Part shown: positions 10,142-20,157 of the stretch, piece by piece | Numbering within the stretch: the stretch's first letter is position 1 | How the letters are laid out: each line of letters begins with the position of its first letter | Assembly: GCA_023140195.1 (NCBI GenBank) | Contig: JAGLME010000001.1 | Location: forward strand, 193,146-257,145 | DNA: 64,000 nt | Direction: 5' to 3' | From: Thermoplasmata archaeon | Lineage (GTDB): Archaea; Thermoplasmatota; Thermoplasmata; RBG-16-68-12; SOIM01 | Program-made: the position numbers and the translations under genes | Notes under the pieces: generated by a model | What the model saw: only the letters and a program-made list of their open reading frames with translations | What the model was told of the DNA's origin: nothing | Database searches by the model: none

Positions 10142-10815
10142 TTGCCGCCGCAGGCGTCGGTCTTTCGTTCGGCGGTGCCTGGCTTTGCGCCCTGGTGTCA
10201 TTCGGGGTCACATCAGAGGACAAGGTACGGGGGATGTACTTCATTCTCGGGAGGATTATTGGCTTGGTGTTCCTGGGACTTGCTATTGCGACCTTCAGCT
10301 TCTTTGCCGACCTTCCACCGCTCTATTTCGTTGTGGCTTTCGGCATCCTATCCATTCTCTTCGGTGTCATTGTCATCTCACAAGTGACTGGGTTCTCGGA
10401 ACGATTTGCGGGGATTTGGCCCTGGAAGAAATCCAGTGAAACAGGGAATCCAGGCAAGCACCACGGGAAGAAGCACTTCAAGAAAGCTCTCAGGGAAGGG
10501 GCTAAGGCCAGGAAGTTCAAGAACAGCTACGTATTCGGCCTGGGCGTCGCGAGAGGCGCCACCCCTTGTCTCAAGATATTGATACTGGTCCCGCTGCTGG
10601 TGGCTGTGGACATCTATCTGGCGCTTGCTATCATACTCGTCTATGCTCTCACTTCCACAATCTATCCAATCATCGGATTCCTGTCAGGCAGTCTCCTTCA
10701 ATCGGTGGAGAAACAAGCACTGTATGTCAAGGTTGGAGCTGCCCTGGTTCTGGTTGCCGTCGGTGTCTACTCGATCATAAACGTCCTCACTCAGTCGCAC
10801 ACAGGAGGAGGCTGA
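10129..10815 (+). CDS. DsbD/CcdA-like (DsbD_2 / TauE-SafE superfamily) membrane protein (probable ATC start)
   Basis: About six TM helices, GRIIG and RGATPCLK motifs. The N-terminal extension from ATC 10129 adds the first TM helix containing WLC. Confidence 0.7.
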   Translation: MGELIAAAGVGLSFGGAWLCALVSFGVTSEDKVRGMYFILGRIIGLVFLGLAIATFSFFADLPPLYFVVAFGILSILFGVIVISQVTGFSERFAGIWPWKKSSETGNPGKHHGKKHFKKALREGAKARKFKNSYVFGLGVARGATPCLKILILVPLLVAVDIYLALAIILVYALTSTIYPIIGFLSGSLLQSVEKQALYVKVGAALVLVAVGVYSIINVLTQSHTGGG

Positions 10816-10816
10816 G

Positions 10817-11779
10817 ATGGGGAAGTTCTGGCAGCGCATCAGCACACCACGACTGATCGCACAATTCGGATGGCTTGTCTTCGCCAACGCCTTGCTTTTC
10901 GGTGTCCCCTCCTTTGGTACCATTGCGTGGACGAGGAACATCTACTTCCCTGATGCCACGACCAAGTTCCTACAGAACGCCCCCACATACTCAATCGTCT
11001 ACAAGCTGCAGGATACACTCGAGGGCGGGTTCATTACGTACTACATGGACCTGGTGATACCTCTTCTCATATTCGTGGTGCTGATCCTCTTGTTGGGCAG
11101 ATTCTGGTGTGCATGGCTGTGCCCTCTGGGACTTCCCCAGGACCTGCTCACCAGATTGAGGAGATGGCTCGGCTGGAAGAGGGTCGAGCTCCCCCCGAAG
11201 TGGTCGGTCGCTCTGCACCAGATGAAGTACTTGGGTCTGTTCCTGGTCATCTTCTACACCCTTTCGCTGGGCTTCCCAGGACTGGGCCTCCCGGGTTTCC
11301 GAACTTCGCTGGCCATACCGTACGAGCAGCTCGATCCGAACCGGGCGATGTACGTCTATCCACAGATCGCATTGGGGCTACTGCCGCCCAACACCATCGT
11401 CCCTATCCTGTCTTTGCTCACTTTCGGGTTCTTCCTGATGACGTGCTTCCCCATCCGGAGGTTCTGGTGCCACATCTGTCCTGCCGGCGCTATGATGGCC
11501 CCCTTCAACAAGTATGCATCCATACATCTGAAGAAGGACAACTCCAAGTGCACGCACTGTGGCATATGTGCGAGGGTCTGCCCAATGGAGATCAGGAAGG
11601 TGTGGACTGAAAGGGAGAAGGAGAACGTGACCGTCTCGGAATGCGTTCACTGCTATAGATGTGTGGAGGAGTGTCCTGAAGATGGATGCCTGGGCGTGTC
11701 GGTCATGGGCAAGGTCGTTCTAGAATCCAAATCACCAAATAGTGAGTTGACGAATACGAAGGAAGGTGTCGCCACTTGA
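10817..11779 (+). CDS. NapH/YccM-like membrane polyferredoxin (4Fe-4S binding protein)
   Basis: GRFWCAWLCPLG, RFWCHICPAG, two CxxCxxCxxxCP motifs and TM helices. Confidence 0.9.
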   Translation: MGKFWQRISTPRLIAQFGWLVFANALLFGVPSFGTIAWTRNIYFPDATTKFLQNAPTYSIVYKLQDTLEGGFITYYMDLVIPLLIFVVLILLLGRFWCAWLCPLGLPQDLLTRLRRWLGWKRVELPPKWSVALHQMKYLGLFLVIFYTLSLGFPGLGLPGFRTSLAIPYEQLDPNRAMYVYPQIALGLLPPNTIVPILSLLTFGFFLMTCFPIRRFWCHICPAGAMMAPFNKYASIHLKKDNSKCTHCGICARVCPMEIRKVWTEREKENVTVSECVHCYRCVEECPEDGCLGVSVMGKVVLESKSPNSELTNTKEGVAT

Positions 11780-13146
11780 AGATCTTCGGCAGGAGGAAGT
11801 CGGAACCAGAAGCAGTCGATAATGCCGGGTCAGTCGCCGTTGAACGAAGGTACGTTCCGGTCAAGGTCAAGGAAAGGATGACCGGCCGTCGGGACAAGGT
11901 CGTGAGAGAAGCCAAGGAGAAGATACGGGTCGAGACCGAGAAGATCAGGGCCATTCCCAACAACCCGGAGTCGTTGGACCATTTCCTGGAGATCGGAGAT
12001 TACTTCGGCAAGAGGTCGGAGGAGATAATCGGTTTCAAGAACAAGGGCGGGAAGGTCGTGGGGACGTTCTGCGAGTTCGTTCCCAAGGAGATCATCCATG
12101 CCGCTGGGGCCATACCAATACAGCTTTCATGCGGGTTCTCGGAAGCCATCCAGCCAGCGAACGACCTGCTTTCGGATGCCGGTCTGTGCCCTCTCATGCG
12201 ATCCTCGCTGGGGACCATGATGACTGGAAGTTCAACATACTATGAAGCAAGTGACATGATGGTCAACCCCACACCGTGCGATGCCAAACTGAAGATGGGT
12301 GAGATTATTCAGGACCTTGTACCAGTTGTCACCATGAATGTTCCCCGGATCAAGGACAGTTTCTCTGCAAGGAAGCAGTGGATCCAGGAGGTCTGGAACC
12401 TCAAGGAGAGGGTGGAGGAGCTGGTCGGTAAGAAGATATCGAAGAAGGCGCTTCGAGAATCCATCGAGACGTATCAAGCGGCTCAGAACGCCTGGCGGAA
12501 GTTCTGGGACGTCAGGAAGAGGGGGAACGTGATCTGGGGCAGGCAAGCGCTGCTCGTATCGTGGCTCACCTACATCGATGACATCAAGAGATGGACCAAG
12601 AACATCAACAAGCTCAATGCGGAGCTGGAGACCAGGGTGAAAGAGAAGAACTTCGTTTGCGGGGATGACACACCCAGGGTCATGCTAGCCGGTTCGCCGA
12701 TCATTTGGCCCAACTGGAAGATACTCAACCTCATAGAGGAATCTGGCGCGTACATCGCGTGTGACGAGCTTTGTTCTGGGATGAGAGTGCTCTGGGACCA
12801 CACCGTCGTTGACGAGTGGACCCAGAAGGGAATGATGGACGCCATCGCTGACAAGTATTTCCTACCCTGCACGTGCCCTTGCTTCAGCCCAAACCTGGAA
12901 AGGGAAACGAACATGTTGCGGAGGATCAAGGAATACAAGATCGATGGTGTGGTCTTCCACGTCCTCAAGGGATGCCACCTGAACAGCATGGATGCGGCTA
13001 AGACCTCAGTCTTCCTGAAGAAGAATGACATTCCAATGTTGAAGATCGAGAGCGAGTATGACGAGGGCGACAGGGAGCAGCTCAGGATAAGGATCGAAGC
13101 CTTCTTGGAGATAATACAGACCAGGAAGGAGGATCTGCCGTTCTAG
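11776..13146 (+). CDS. 2-hydroxyacyl-CoA dehydratase-family protein, double-cubane cluster protein (DCCP)-like
   Basis: Motifs VGTFCEFVPKEII, LCPLMRS, PCDAKLKM, ELCSG, CTCPCFSPN, GCH and IESEY...QLRIRIEAFLE. Confidence 0.8.
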   Translation: MKIFGRRKSEPEAVDNAGSVAVERRYVPVKVKERMTGRRDKVVREAKEKIRVETEKIRAIPNNPESLDHFLEIGDYFGKRSEEIIGFKNKGGKVVGTFCEFVPKEIIHAAGAIPIQLSCGFSEAIQPANDLLSDAGLCPLMRSSLGTMMTGSSTYYEASDMMVNPTPCDAKLKMGEIIQDLVPVVTMNVPRIKDSFSARKQWIQEVWNLKERVEELVGKKISKKALRESIETYQAAQNAWRKFWDVRKRGNVIWGRQALLVSWLTYIDDIKRWTKNINKLNAELETRVKEKNFVCGDDTPRVMLAGSPIIWPNWKILNLIEESGAYIACDELCSGMRVLWDHTVVDEWTQKGMMDAIADKYFLPCTCPCFSPNLERETNMLRRIKEYKIDGVVFHVLKGCHLNSMDAAKTSVFLKKNDIPMLKIESEYDEGDREQLRIRIEAFLEIIQTRKEDLPF

Positions 13147-13181
13147 TTCTGCAGTGGCGTTGTTGAAGCGGATGGTAGTCC

Positions 13182-13340
13182 ATGAAACATATGCGCAGAA
13201 GGGTCATTGAGATTGAGGAGCAAGAAGGCAATAAGGTCAAGTGCCCACTCTGCGGATTCCGATGCAGGTATTGCCCTCTGGCATCATTATCTACATGTGG
13301 TAGGCTTGAAAGGCGGTTGGAGTCTGGCGAATGGTCGTGA
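13182..13340 (+). CDS. 52-aa CPxCG zinc-finger microprotein
   Basis: Manual translation: MKHMRRRVIEIEEQEGNKVKCPLCGFRCRYCPLASLSTCGRLERRLESGEWS. Below the ORF-track cutoff. Confidence 0.5.
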   Translation: MKHMRRRVIEIEEQEGNKVKCPLCGFRCRYCPLASLSTCGRLERRLESGEWS

Positions 13341-13446
13341 TCCGGATTGTGCGTGCGTGGCGCGTCACGTTTTTATAGTTCACAGACCATTTTTGGACAG
13401 TATTGCTGAACGGTGGGCAGAAGATGATCAGAAGTTGTGAGGATAC

Positions 13447-16400
13447 TTGGTGGTTACTATGACTAGTGCAAATAGACATGGCGTTTCTAAGATGTGGGCT
13501 CTTGCTGTTGTCATCGCTCTTCTTGCTTCATCTCTAATTGCTCTGTGGATGACAAGCCCACAGGGAGATGCTGGGCTTGGTGCGACCGCGTTCCCTGACG
13601 AGCCAGGAACTCACCCTCTCGGGAGCAGTGGAGACGATCCTAGACCTACCGGAACCACACTGTTCCCGTGGCCCATGCAGCTTCATGACGAACTGCACAG
13701 GTCGTACACTTCCGCTCCCGCTCCAGATTCCAGCGCCGTCCTGTGGTCCAACGCCACTGGCCCGTCCACGTATGGGTCACCCTCCGTTGCCGATGGAAAG
13801 GTGTTCATCGGCGCTCGGACACCTATTGGAGACCGCATGTTTGCCTTCCACCAGGACAATGGGACCCAGGCCTGGAGCACACCGACCGTTCAACCTGTTT
13901 CGGGTGGGTTAGGTGTGACCTCATCACCGGCATACTCCGACGGGTTAGTCGTCTTCGGCGGTGACCGGATATACTGCCTTTGGGCAAGCAACGGGACCGT
14001 CAAGTGGACCGTGAACACCGGTAATAGGAACTGGGGAGACGGGACTCCCACGATCGCTGATGGCAAGGTCTTCATTGGGGGATCCGATAGGAAGCTCTAC
14101 GCAATCGACTTGGATACTGGCACCGTCCTTTGGACACACCAGACTCTCTCAATACTGGGCACCAATTATGGTCTGTATTCCGCGCCCGCAATCTATAACG
14201 GCCACGCTTATCTTCCGGCATGTGACGGCTGGGTGTATCAGATATTGATAGACCAGCCTGGGCCTATCGCAGTTGTGAACCACTCTTATAACACTGGATC
14301 CTCAATGTATGGGTCACCGGTGATTTTCGACAACAAGGTGTACATCGGTAACGGCTACACTTTCAACAACGTCAACAACCGCTTCTATGCGTTGGATGCA
14401 ACCGACCTGAGCTTGGTGTGGGAGTTCTACCCTGGGTCAGGAACGAGCTTCTTGGGGTCGGCAGCGATTGCATACGACAAACTCTTTGTAGGGTCGGTGG
14501 ACGGTAACCTCTACGTTCTCGATCCGTACGGTGGTGGGGGTTCCACGACGATTATCTGGCAATACTCAATCGGGCAGACATGGTCATCTCCAGCAGTCTC
14601 CTCGGGCAAGGTATTCATAGGGTCCAAGTCAAACTTCCTCTACGCCTTTGATGTCAATCAGACAGGACCACCGACATATCTGTGGAGATACAACACCAAC
14701 GGAAATGTGGACTCCTCTCCGGCTATTGCCGACGGCGTGCTCTTCATAGGCAGCCATGGAAACGGCGGGATGATCTATGCCTTCGGACAAGGAGGCGATG
14801 TTATCTCTCCATTCCCGATCTCGGTATCTCCCACTGGAACTGGCGTTCCTGTGAACACGGACATTGTGGTGGTGTGGAGCGAGGTTATGGATTGGACCTC
14901 GGTGGAGGCGTCCTTCAGCTACACTGATATGTCGACCATTTGGACATCTGCTGACGGGACTTTCAATCATTATCCAGTGAACCGAACGTCTATATTCAAT
15001 CCATTTGTGGATCTGGATTTCTCGACAACATACTGGGTAACATTCAGTTCCGTTGCCATAGATCTAGCTGGTAATCCTCTTGACGGTGACGGCAACGGTG
15101 CTGGTGGCGATGATCTCGTTTGGTCCTTTGACACCGTCATTGACAATTCTCCATCCCTGAACCTGTGGGAGCCCGGATCAACGTCTGGACAAAGCTACAC
15201 GGTTGGCACAATGGTCCTGATCGTCTGGGAGGCAAGCGACGACGCATCTTGGCCCAATGGTGGGAACGTAATCAACCTCACTTATGGTGTCAGTCCGTTC
15301 GGTGGGACCACGATATCTCAGTATGAACTTGAAGATGGGAGTTTCAACTGGGATACGACCGGTGAACCACTCGGAACGTACTACGTCAATGTCACCGCTT
15401 ACGATTCACTCGGACAGGTCTCCGGGAGTTACAGCAACTTCTCCTTTGACATCGTCGCGATACCTGATTCGCCCCCGACCGTCAGCCTCACCGCTCCTGT
15501 TGGGGGCTTGAGCTGGTCCGGCGGGACATCGATTAACATTGACTGGACCATGTCGGATGACATTACGCTGGTGCAGAATCTGAACGTTTATCTCAATTAC
15601 TCTTCGTCAAGCGGTTCGGGTCCGATTGCCGGCCCTTTGACGGGCCTTTCTTCACCATCCAGCTATCCTTGGGCTCTTCCACTTCTCGACGCCACTGATG
15701 TCGTCGTTCTGATTGATGTCATTGACGAGTCCGGCAATGTGGGATTCGATTCGAGCGCACAGTTCGAGGTCGATTCCACACCTCCCATCCTGGATTCACA
15801 TTCTCCGTGGATCGACGAGACGAACGTTGCCACGAACGCCAACATAAACATCGAATGGCGCGAGGGAATGAACGCAGCCGCGACCGAAGCTTCGTTCTCA
15901 CTTCAAGATAACGCAACATGGACACTTGTGTCCGCTGTGTTCTCGTGGGGTGGGCCGAACATAACGATGTCCTTCAACCCCGATGCAGACCTTGCTCCCA
16001 ACAGCTGGTACACGGCGAACTTCACGACAGCCGCCAAGGACGACTCACAACCCGGGAACAACCTGGCATTCTACTCGTGGAGCTTCCTGACCGCCGCAGT
16101 TCCAGATTCTCTGCCACCTGAGATTACCAATATCCAGGCATCACCGAGTCCCCAAGAGGTCTTCTTCCCGGTTTGGATCAACGCTTCCATCACCGATCTC
16201 TACGGGATTGCAGAGGCACACGTCGAGGTGTTTGACCCATCACTGGCCCTCATCGGCAATTTCACCATGCAATACGACAGCGGCAATGACTACTTCTTCG
16301 CTCGAAACTACGACATGCTTGGAGTCCACAACTGCACGATATCATCAATGGACAATAACGGAAACTGGGCCCAGACCAGTTCTGGCTGTTCGTTCGAAAT

Positions 16401-17478
16401 GGCCGACAATACTGCGCCTCAAATATCCAATATCCTGAAGGTTCCCAGCCCGGTGGAGATCTTCAACATCATCAACATATCGGCTTCTGTAACTGACAAC
16501 TACGCTGTTCTCTCAGTGAACCTTGACATTGTCGCGGTGGATAATTTCATCATGACCATTGATCCGGGAAGCGGACGGTACTACCACGAGCACGAGTGCC
16601 AGATGCTGGGTCCGCACGATTTCACGATAACGGCATCGGACACATCAGGGAACTTGGCATCCGAGCAGGGGCAGTTCTACGCCATGGATACTGAGCCTCC
16701 GCAGATAGTACACACTCCGCCTTCTCGGGTAGAGGTCGGCTCCACGATAGACTTCCAGGCTACTGTGACGGATAACTACATGGTCGACAGCGTCTGGCTG
16801 AACTACACCGACGCTTCCAGCATTCATTTCAATGTCTCGATGACATCCCTTCCGGGGAACGTCTACCAACTCACTCTTCCAGTTCAGAACCAAGCTGGAC
16901 AGGTGGTTTACCACATTTATGCCAAGGACCTTGCCACCAACGGCGCTGTCACAGCGGTTCTTCAAGTATCGGTTGTTGACACCACTGATGATCTAGCTCC
17001 AATGCCTCCGTGGGGGTTGGTAGCAGAAGAAGGTCCCAATGGGGTTATTACCGTCCTGAGTTGGAGCAAGCCTGTTCTTAACGAGGATATGACCCTTTTG
17101 GATGATCTTGCTGGTTATCACGTATATCGGTCGGAGTCCGAAACAGGTCAGAAGACCCGGATCAACCCGGTCCTCGTGGAGACCACGGCCTTCATCGATG
17201 ATGACATCGAGAACGGAAAGACATACTATTACTGGGTCACGGCCATAGATGAATCCGCTAACGAGTCGGATTTCTCCACCCCTGCGGACATCTCATTTGG
17301 TTCAGAGGCAACTGGCGTTTCGTATGACATAATCCTGATACTCCTGGCCATCATAATCACCGTGGTCCTGTTGATCGCTGTTCTCCTCTGGCGAAAGAAG
17401 AAGGGTGAAGCCTCCGAAGAGCAGCAAGTGGAGGATAACGAAGAACCGACGTTCGAAGAGGAGACGGAACTCGAATAG
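13447..17478 (+). CDS. Large cell-surface protein: PQQ-like propeller, Ig-like/SbsA repeats, Fn3, C-terminal TM and acidic tail
   Basis: Signal peptide, SSPAxxDGxVFIG repeats, DxxPPxI repeat starts, GYHVYRS...YYYWVTAID Fn3 motif, TM followed by RKKK. Start may be ATG 13459. Confidence 0.88.
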   Translation: MVVTMTSANRHGVSKMWALAVVIALLASSLIALWMTSPQGDAGLGATAFPDEPGTHPLGSSGDDPRPTGTTLFPWPMQLHDELHRSYTSAPAPDSSAVLWSNATGPSTYGSPSVADGKVFIGARTPIGDRMFAFHQDNGTQAWSTPTVQPVSGGLGVTSSPAYSDGLVVFGGDRIYCLWASNGTVKWTVNTGNRNWGDGTPTIADGKVFIGGSDRKLYAIDLDTGTVLWTHQTLSILGTNYGLYSAPAIYNGHAYLPACDGWVYQILIDQPGPIAVVNHSYNTGSSMYGSPVIFDNKVYIGNGYTFNNVNNRFYALDATDLSLVWEFYPGSGTSFLGSAAIAYDKLFVGSVDGNLYVLDPYGGGGSTTIIWQYSIGQTWSSPAVSSGKVFIGSKSNFLYAFDVNQTGPPTYLWRYNTNGNVDSSPAIADGVLFIGSHGNGGMIYAFGQGGDVISPFPISVSPTGTGVPVNTDIVVVWSEVMDWTSVEASFSYTDMSTIWTSADGTFNHYPVNRTSIFNPFVDLDFSTTYWVTFSSVAIDLAGNPLDGDGNGAGGDDLVWSFDTVIDNSPSLNLWEPGSTSGQSYTVGTMVLIVWEASDDASWPNGGNVINLTYGVSPFGGTTISQYELEDGSFNWDTTGEPLGTYYVNVTAYDSLGQVSGSYSNFSFDIVAIPDSPPTVSLTAPVGGLSWSGGTSINIDWTMSDDITLVQNLNVYLNYSSSSGSGPIAGPLTGLSSPSSYPWALPLLDATDVVVLIDVIDESGNVGFDSSAQFEVDSTPPILDSHSPWIDETNVATNANINIEWREGMNAAATEASFSLQDNATWTLVSAVFSWGGPNITMSFNPDADLAPNSWYTANFTTAAKDDSQPGNNLAFYSWSFLTAAVPDSLPPEITNIQASPSPQEVFFPVWINASITDLYGIAEAHVEVFDPSLALIGNFTMQYDSGNDYFFARNYDMLGVHNCTISSMDNNGNWAQTSSGCSFEMADNTAPQISNILKVPSPVEIFNIINISASVTDNYAVLSVNLDIVAVDNFIMTIDPGSGRYYHEHECQMLGPHDFTITASDTSGNLASEQGQFYAMDTEPPQIVHTPPSRVEVGSTIDFQATVTDNYMVDSVWLNYTDASSIHFNVSMTSLPGNVYQLTLPVQNQAGQVVYHIYAKDLATNGAVTAVLQVSVVDTTDDLAPMPPWGLVAEEGPNGVITVLSWSKPVLNEDMTLLDDLAGYHVYRSESETGQKTRINPVLVETTAFIDDDIENGKTYYYWVTAIDESANESDFSTPADISFGSEATGVSYDIILILLAIIITVVLLIAVLLWRKKKGEASEEQQVEDNEEPTFEEETELE

Positions 17479-17511
17479 TTCTTAAGAAACGATCCGCATT
17501 CCGTGAAGAAC

Positions 17512-18120
17512 ATGGATAAGAAACACCTCGAACTGATGTTGGAGCGGGTCAAGCAGCATCCATCACCCAGGGCCCAGCTCGAGCAATATACCACACCGTC
17601 CACAATCGCAGCCGATGCCCTCTATCTTGCTCTGGGCCTCGGTGACATCGTTGAATGCAAGGTCGCGGACCTGGGATGCGGCACGGGCATACTGGCTATC
17701 GGGGCGAAGGTACTGGGAGCAGCAGAAGCCGTGGGCGTCGACATAGACTCTGACGCCATTGAGATCGCCAAGTCGAACGCTGAAGAGCTGGACGTGAACG
17801 TCAGGTTCGAGCAGATGTCCGTCCTCAAGTTCGAAGAAGAATGCGACACGGCAATACAGAACCCCCCCTTCGGAGCCCAGAAGAAGCACGCTGACGTCCC
17901 TTTCATCACCAAGGCCTTGGCAATATCTCCAGTTGTCTATTCATTTCATCTCACCAAAACCGAAGACTTCATAACAAAAGAGGCTGATTTACTCGGCGCG
18001 AGAATAACACACACCGTGGAATACAAGTTCCCGATACCTCACACGTATCCGTTCCACAAGAAGAAAGTGAAACATTTCGAAGTGACGTTGTTCAGACTAG
18101 AAGGTAGGAAATATGACTAA
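17512..18120 (+). CDS. METTL5-family rRNA N6-adenine methyltransferase
   Basis: LEQYTTP, DLGCGTG, NPPFG. Confidence 0.92.
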   Translation: MDKKHLELMLERVKQHPSPRAQLEQYTTPSTIAADALYLALGLGDIVECKVADLGCGTGILAIGAKVLGAAEAVGVDIDSDAIEIAKSNAEELDVNVRFEQMSVLKFEEECDTAIQNPPFGAQKKHADVPFITKALAISPVVYSFHLTKTEDFITKEADLLGARITHTVEYKFPIPHTYPFHKKKVKHFEVTLFRLEGRKYD

Positions 18121-18670
18121 GAAACTGGTATTACCCGGAGAGCTCGTAGCAGTCAGCGAGGAGTTCATGGCAGGAGAAGGCACCTACGACCAAGACGGCA
18201 AGATATACTCATCATACGTCGGCGAGGTGGACCTGGACGCCCAGCAGAAGATTGCGCGCGTGAAGGCATTCAATCCGCCCATTCAGTTGAAGGTGGGAGA
18301 TGTCGTCTACGGCACGGTCCGTGACGTCAAGGAGACCATGGCCATGATCACACTGTTCCAGGCCGAGGGCACTGACAGGCAGATCTCCGGCGAGACGGAA
18401 GCATCGCTGCATATCTCAAAGATATCCAGCGGCTACACCGAGAGCATCAGGAACGAACTTAGGAAGACCGATATCCTTCGCGGCATCATCATCCAGGTCA
18501 AACCATCACTGCAGCTGGCGACCGACAGGGACAACTTGGGCGTTCTGAAGGCATTGTGCACACGATGCCGTTCGCCTTTGGTGCAGAAGGGCAGGGATCT
18601 GTACTGCGAGATCTGTAAAAGAAATGAGTCCAGAAAGGCCGCGAGCGACTACTCTGACCCATCTGTGTGA
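18113..18670 (+). CDS. csl4: Exosome RNA-binding subunit Csl4
   Basis: VLPGE...GEGTY N-terminus, S1 domain, C-terminal CxxC..CxxC Zn ribbon, ESRK. Confidence 0.93.
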   Translation: MTKKLVLPGELVAVSEEFMAGEGTYDQDGKIYSSYVGEVDLDAQQKIARVKAFNPPIQLKVGDVVYGTVRDVKETMAMITLFQAEGTDRQISGETEASLHISKISSGYTESIRNELRKTDILRGIIIQVKPSLQLATDRDNLGVLKALCTRCRSPLVQKGRDLYCEICKRNESRKAASDYSDPSV

Positions 18671-18891
18671 TGGGAAAGGTTAAAAACCCTAAGAGCCATA
18701 GTGGAAACCCGAAGGAGTTGAGGCGGACGGACACCAAAGAAGACCTGCTAGCGGAGATACAAAAACTCAGGACCGAACTTCAGCAGATCAGGGAGATCGT
18801 GAGCACGCTTTTCCAGATGGTTGTCGAGGAATACGACGAAGAGTTGGATTTCTCTCCTGAAGGCAGGGAAGGCTTTTCTATATACAACTAA
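18667..18891 (+). CDS. Small coiled-coil hypothetical protein
   Basis: Overlaps the csl4 stop, has a heptad pattern and fills the gap to glyA. Confidence 0.65.
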   Translation: MMGKVKNPKSHSGNPKELRRTDTKEDLLAEIQKLRTELQQIREIVSTLFQMVVEEYDEELDFSPEGREGFSIYN

Positions 18892-18902
18892 ATCACCTTT
18901 TC

Positions 18903-20114
18903 ATGCCAGACATTCTGTCCAGGGTGATGGCCCACGACCGATGGAGACTCGAAGAGTGTCTTAACCTTCAACCTTCTGAGAATGTCACCAGTCCTCAGGT
19001 CAGGAATATCCTTTCATCTGACCTCGGCCACAGGTACACACTGCCTTTTGACCAGGTTCTGCACGGGGTTTATGTGGAGAACGCCTATCGCGGGACCAAG
19101 TATTTGGATGATATTGAGAGAGAGGGCGAAAGGCTGGCTTGCGACGTCTTTGGGTCGAGGTTCGCTTCTCTGAAGCCATTGTCCGGCCATGTCTCTGCCT
19201 TGATGATGCTGACCGCTTGCTGCGAGAAGGGGGACGAGATCCTCACGATCAGGCCAGAACACGGCGGATACGACGGCTACTGGGAGGGTTACATGCCCAA
19301 GATGCTGGGTCTTGAGGTCTCTGCACTCCCGTTCGTGGAGGAGAGATGGAACTTGGACCACGAGAAGGCTGCTGAACAGATCACTCAAAGGAAGCCAAAG
19401 CTCGTTGTGGTCGGGGCAAGCTTCTTCCTGTTCCCCTATCAGTTGAAGGTCCTGCGGGATGCCTGCGATGACGCCGGTTCTCTTCTGGGATATGACGCTT
19501 CTCATGTTCTTGGGCTGATTGCCGGCGGTGAGTTCCAGAGGCCCTTGGATGATGGTGTGGATATCGTATGTGGAAGCACCCACAAGTCGTTCTTCGGTCC
19601 TCAGGGCGGGGTGATACTCACTAACAGGGAGGACCTGTGCTCTTCGGTGAAGGAGATCCTATTCTGGACGGTAATGGACAATGCCCACTGGAACCGGGTT
19701 TCTGCCCTTGCCCAGGCCATGCTCGAGATGAAGGAGTTCGGCTCGGACTATGCCAAGCAGGTGATCTCTAACTCGAAGACCCTCGCCAAAGCCCTGGATG
19801 ACGGGGGCTTCCCCATGAAGTTCGGGGATTCCGGATACACAGATTGTCATCAGATGCAGGTGGACACCGAAGCGGTTCGAGAGAACATGGGCTTCACACC
19901 TCACGAGTACTCCTGCAAGCTCGAAGAGTCCAATATCATTGTGGATTCGATGGGGAGGACCGGAACCAACGAGATGACCAGAATGGGTGCGGATGAGGGG
20001 ACGATGGAAGAGATCTCGGACATATTCATCCGAACACTGAAAGATGAGGACACCAAGCCAGATGTCAAGAAGCTCAGGTCATCCTTGAAGTTGAAGTACA
20101 TCTTCGAGGAATGA
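18903..20114 (+). CDS. glyA: Serine hydroxymethyltransferase (archaeal type)
   Basis: SENVTS, YDASHVLGLIAG, and PLP-lysine motif GSTHKSFFGPQGG. Confidence 0.92.
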   Translation: MPDILSRVMAHDRWRLEECLNLQPSENVTSPQVRNILSSDLGHRYTLPFDQVLHGVYVENAYRGTKYLDDIEREGERLACDVFGSRFASLKPLSGHVSALMMLTACCEKGDEILTIRPEHGGYDGYWEGYMPKMLGLEVSALPFVEERWNLDHEKAAEQITQRKPKLVVVGASFFLFPYQLKVLRDACDDAGSLLGYDASHVLGLIAGGEFQRPLDDGVDIVCGSTHKSFFGPQGGVILTNREDLCSSVKEILFWTVMDNAHWNRVSALAQAMLEMKEFGSDYAKQVISNSKTLAKALDDGGFPMKFGDSGYTDCHQMQVDTEAVRENMGFTPHEYSCKLEESNIIVDSMGRTGTNEMTRMGADEGTMEEISDIFIRTLKDEDTKPDVKKLRSSLKLKYIFEE

Positions 20115-20157
20115 TGCCTTGGGACGGCAAATCAATAATACCGGAGTTCAAATCACT

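Noticed and set aside
5883-17478. Repetitive sequence suggesting a CRISPR array or DGR repeats
   Set aside because: The repeats are protein-level propeller and Ig repeats. No identical spaced DNA repeats and no cas or reverse transcriptase genes are present.
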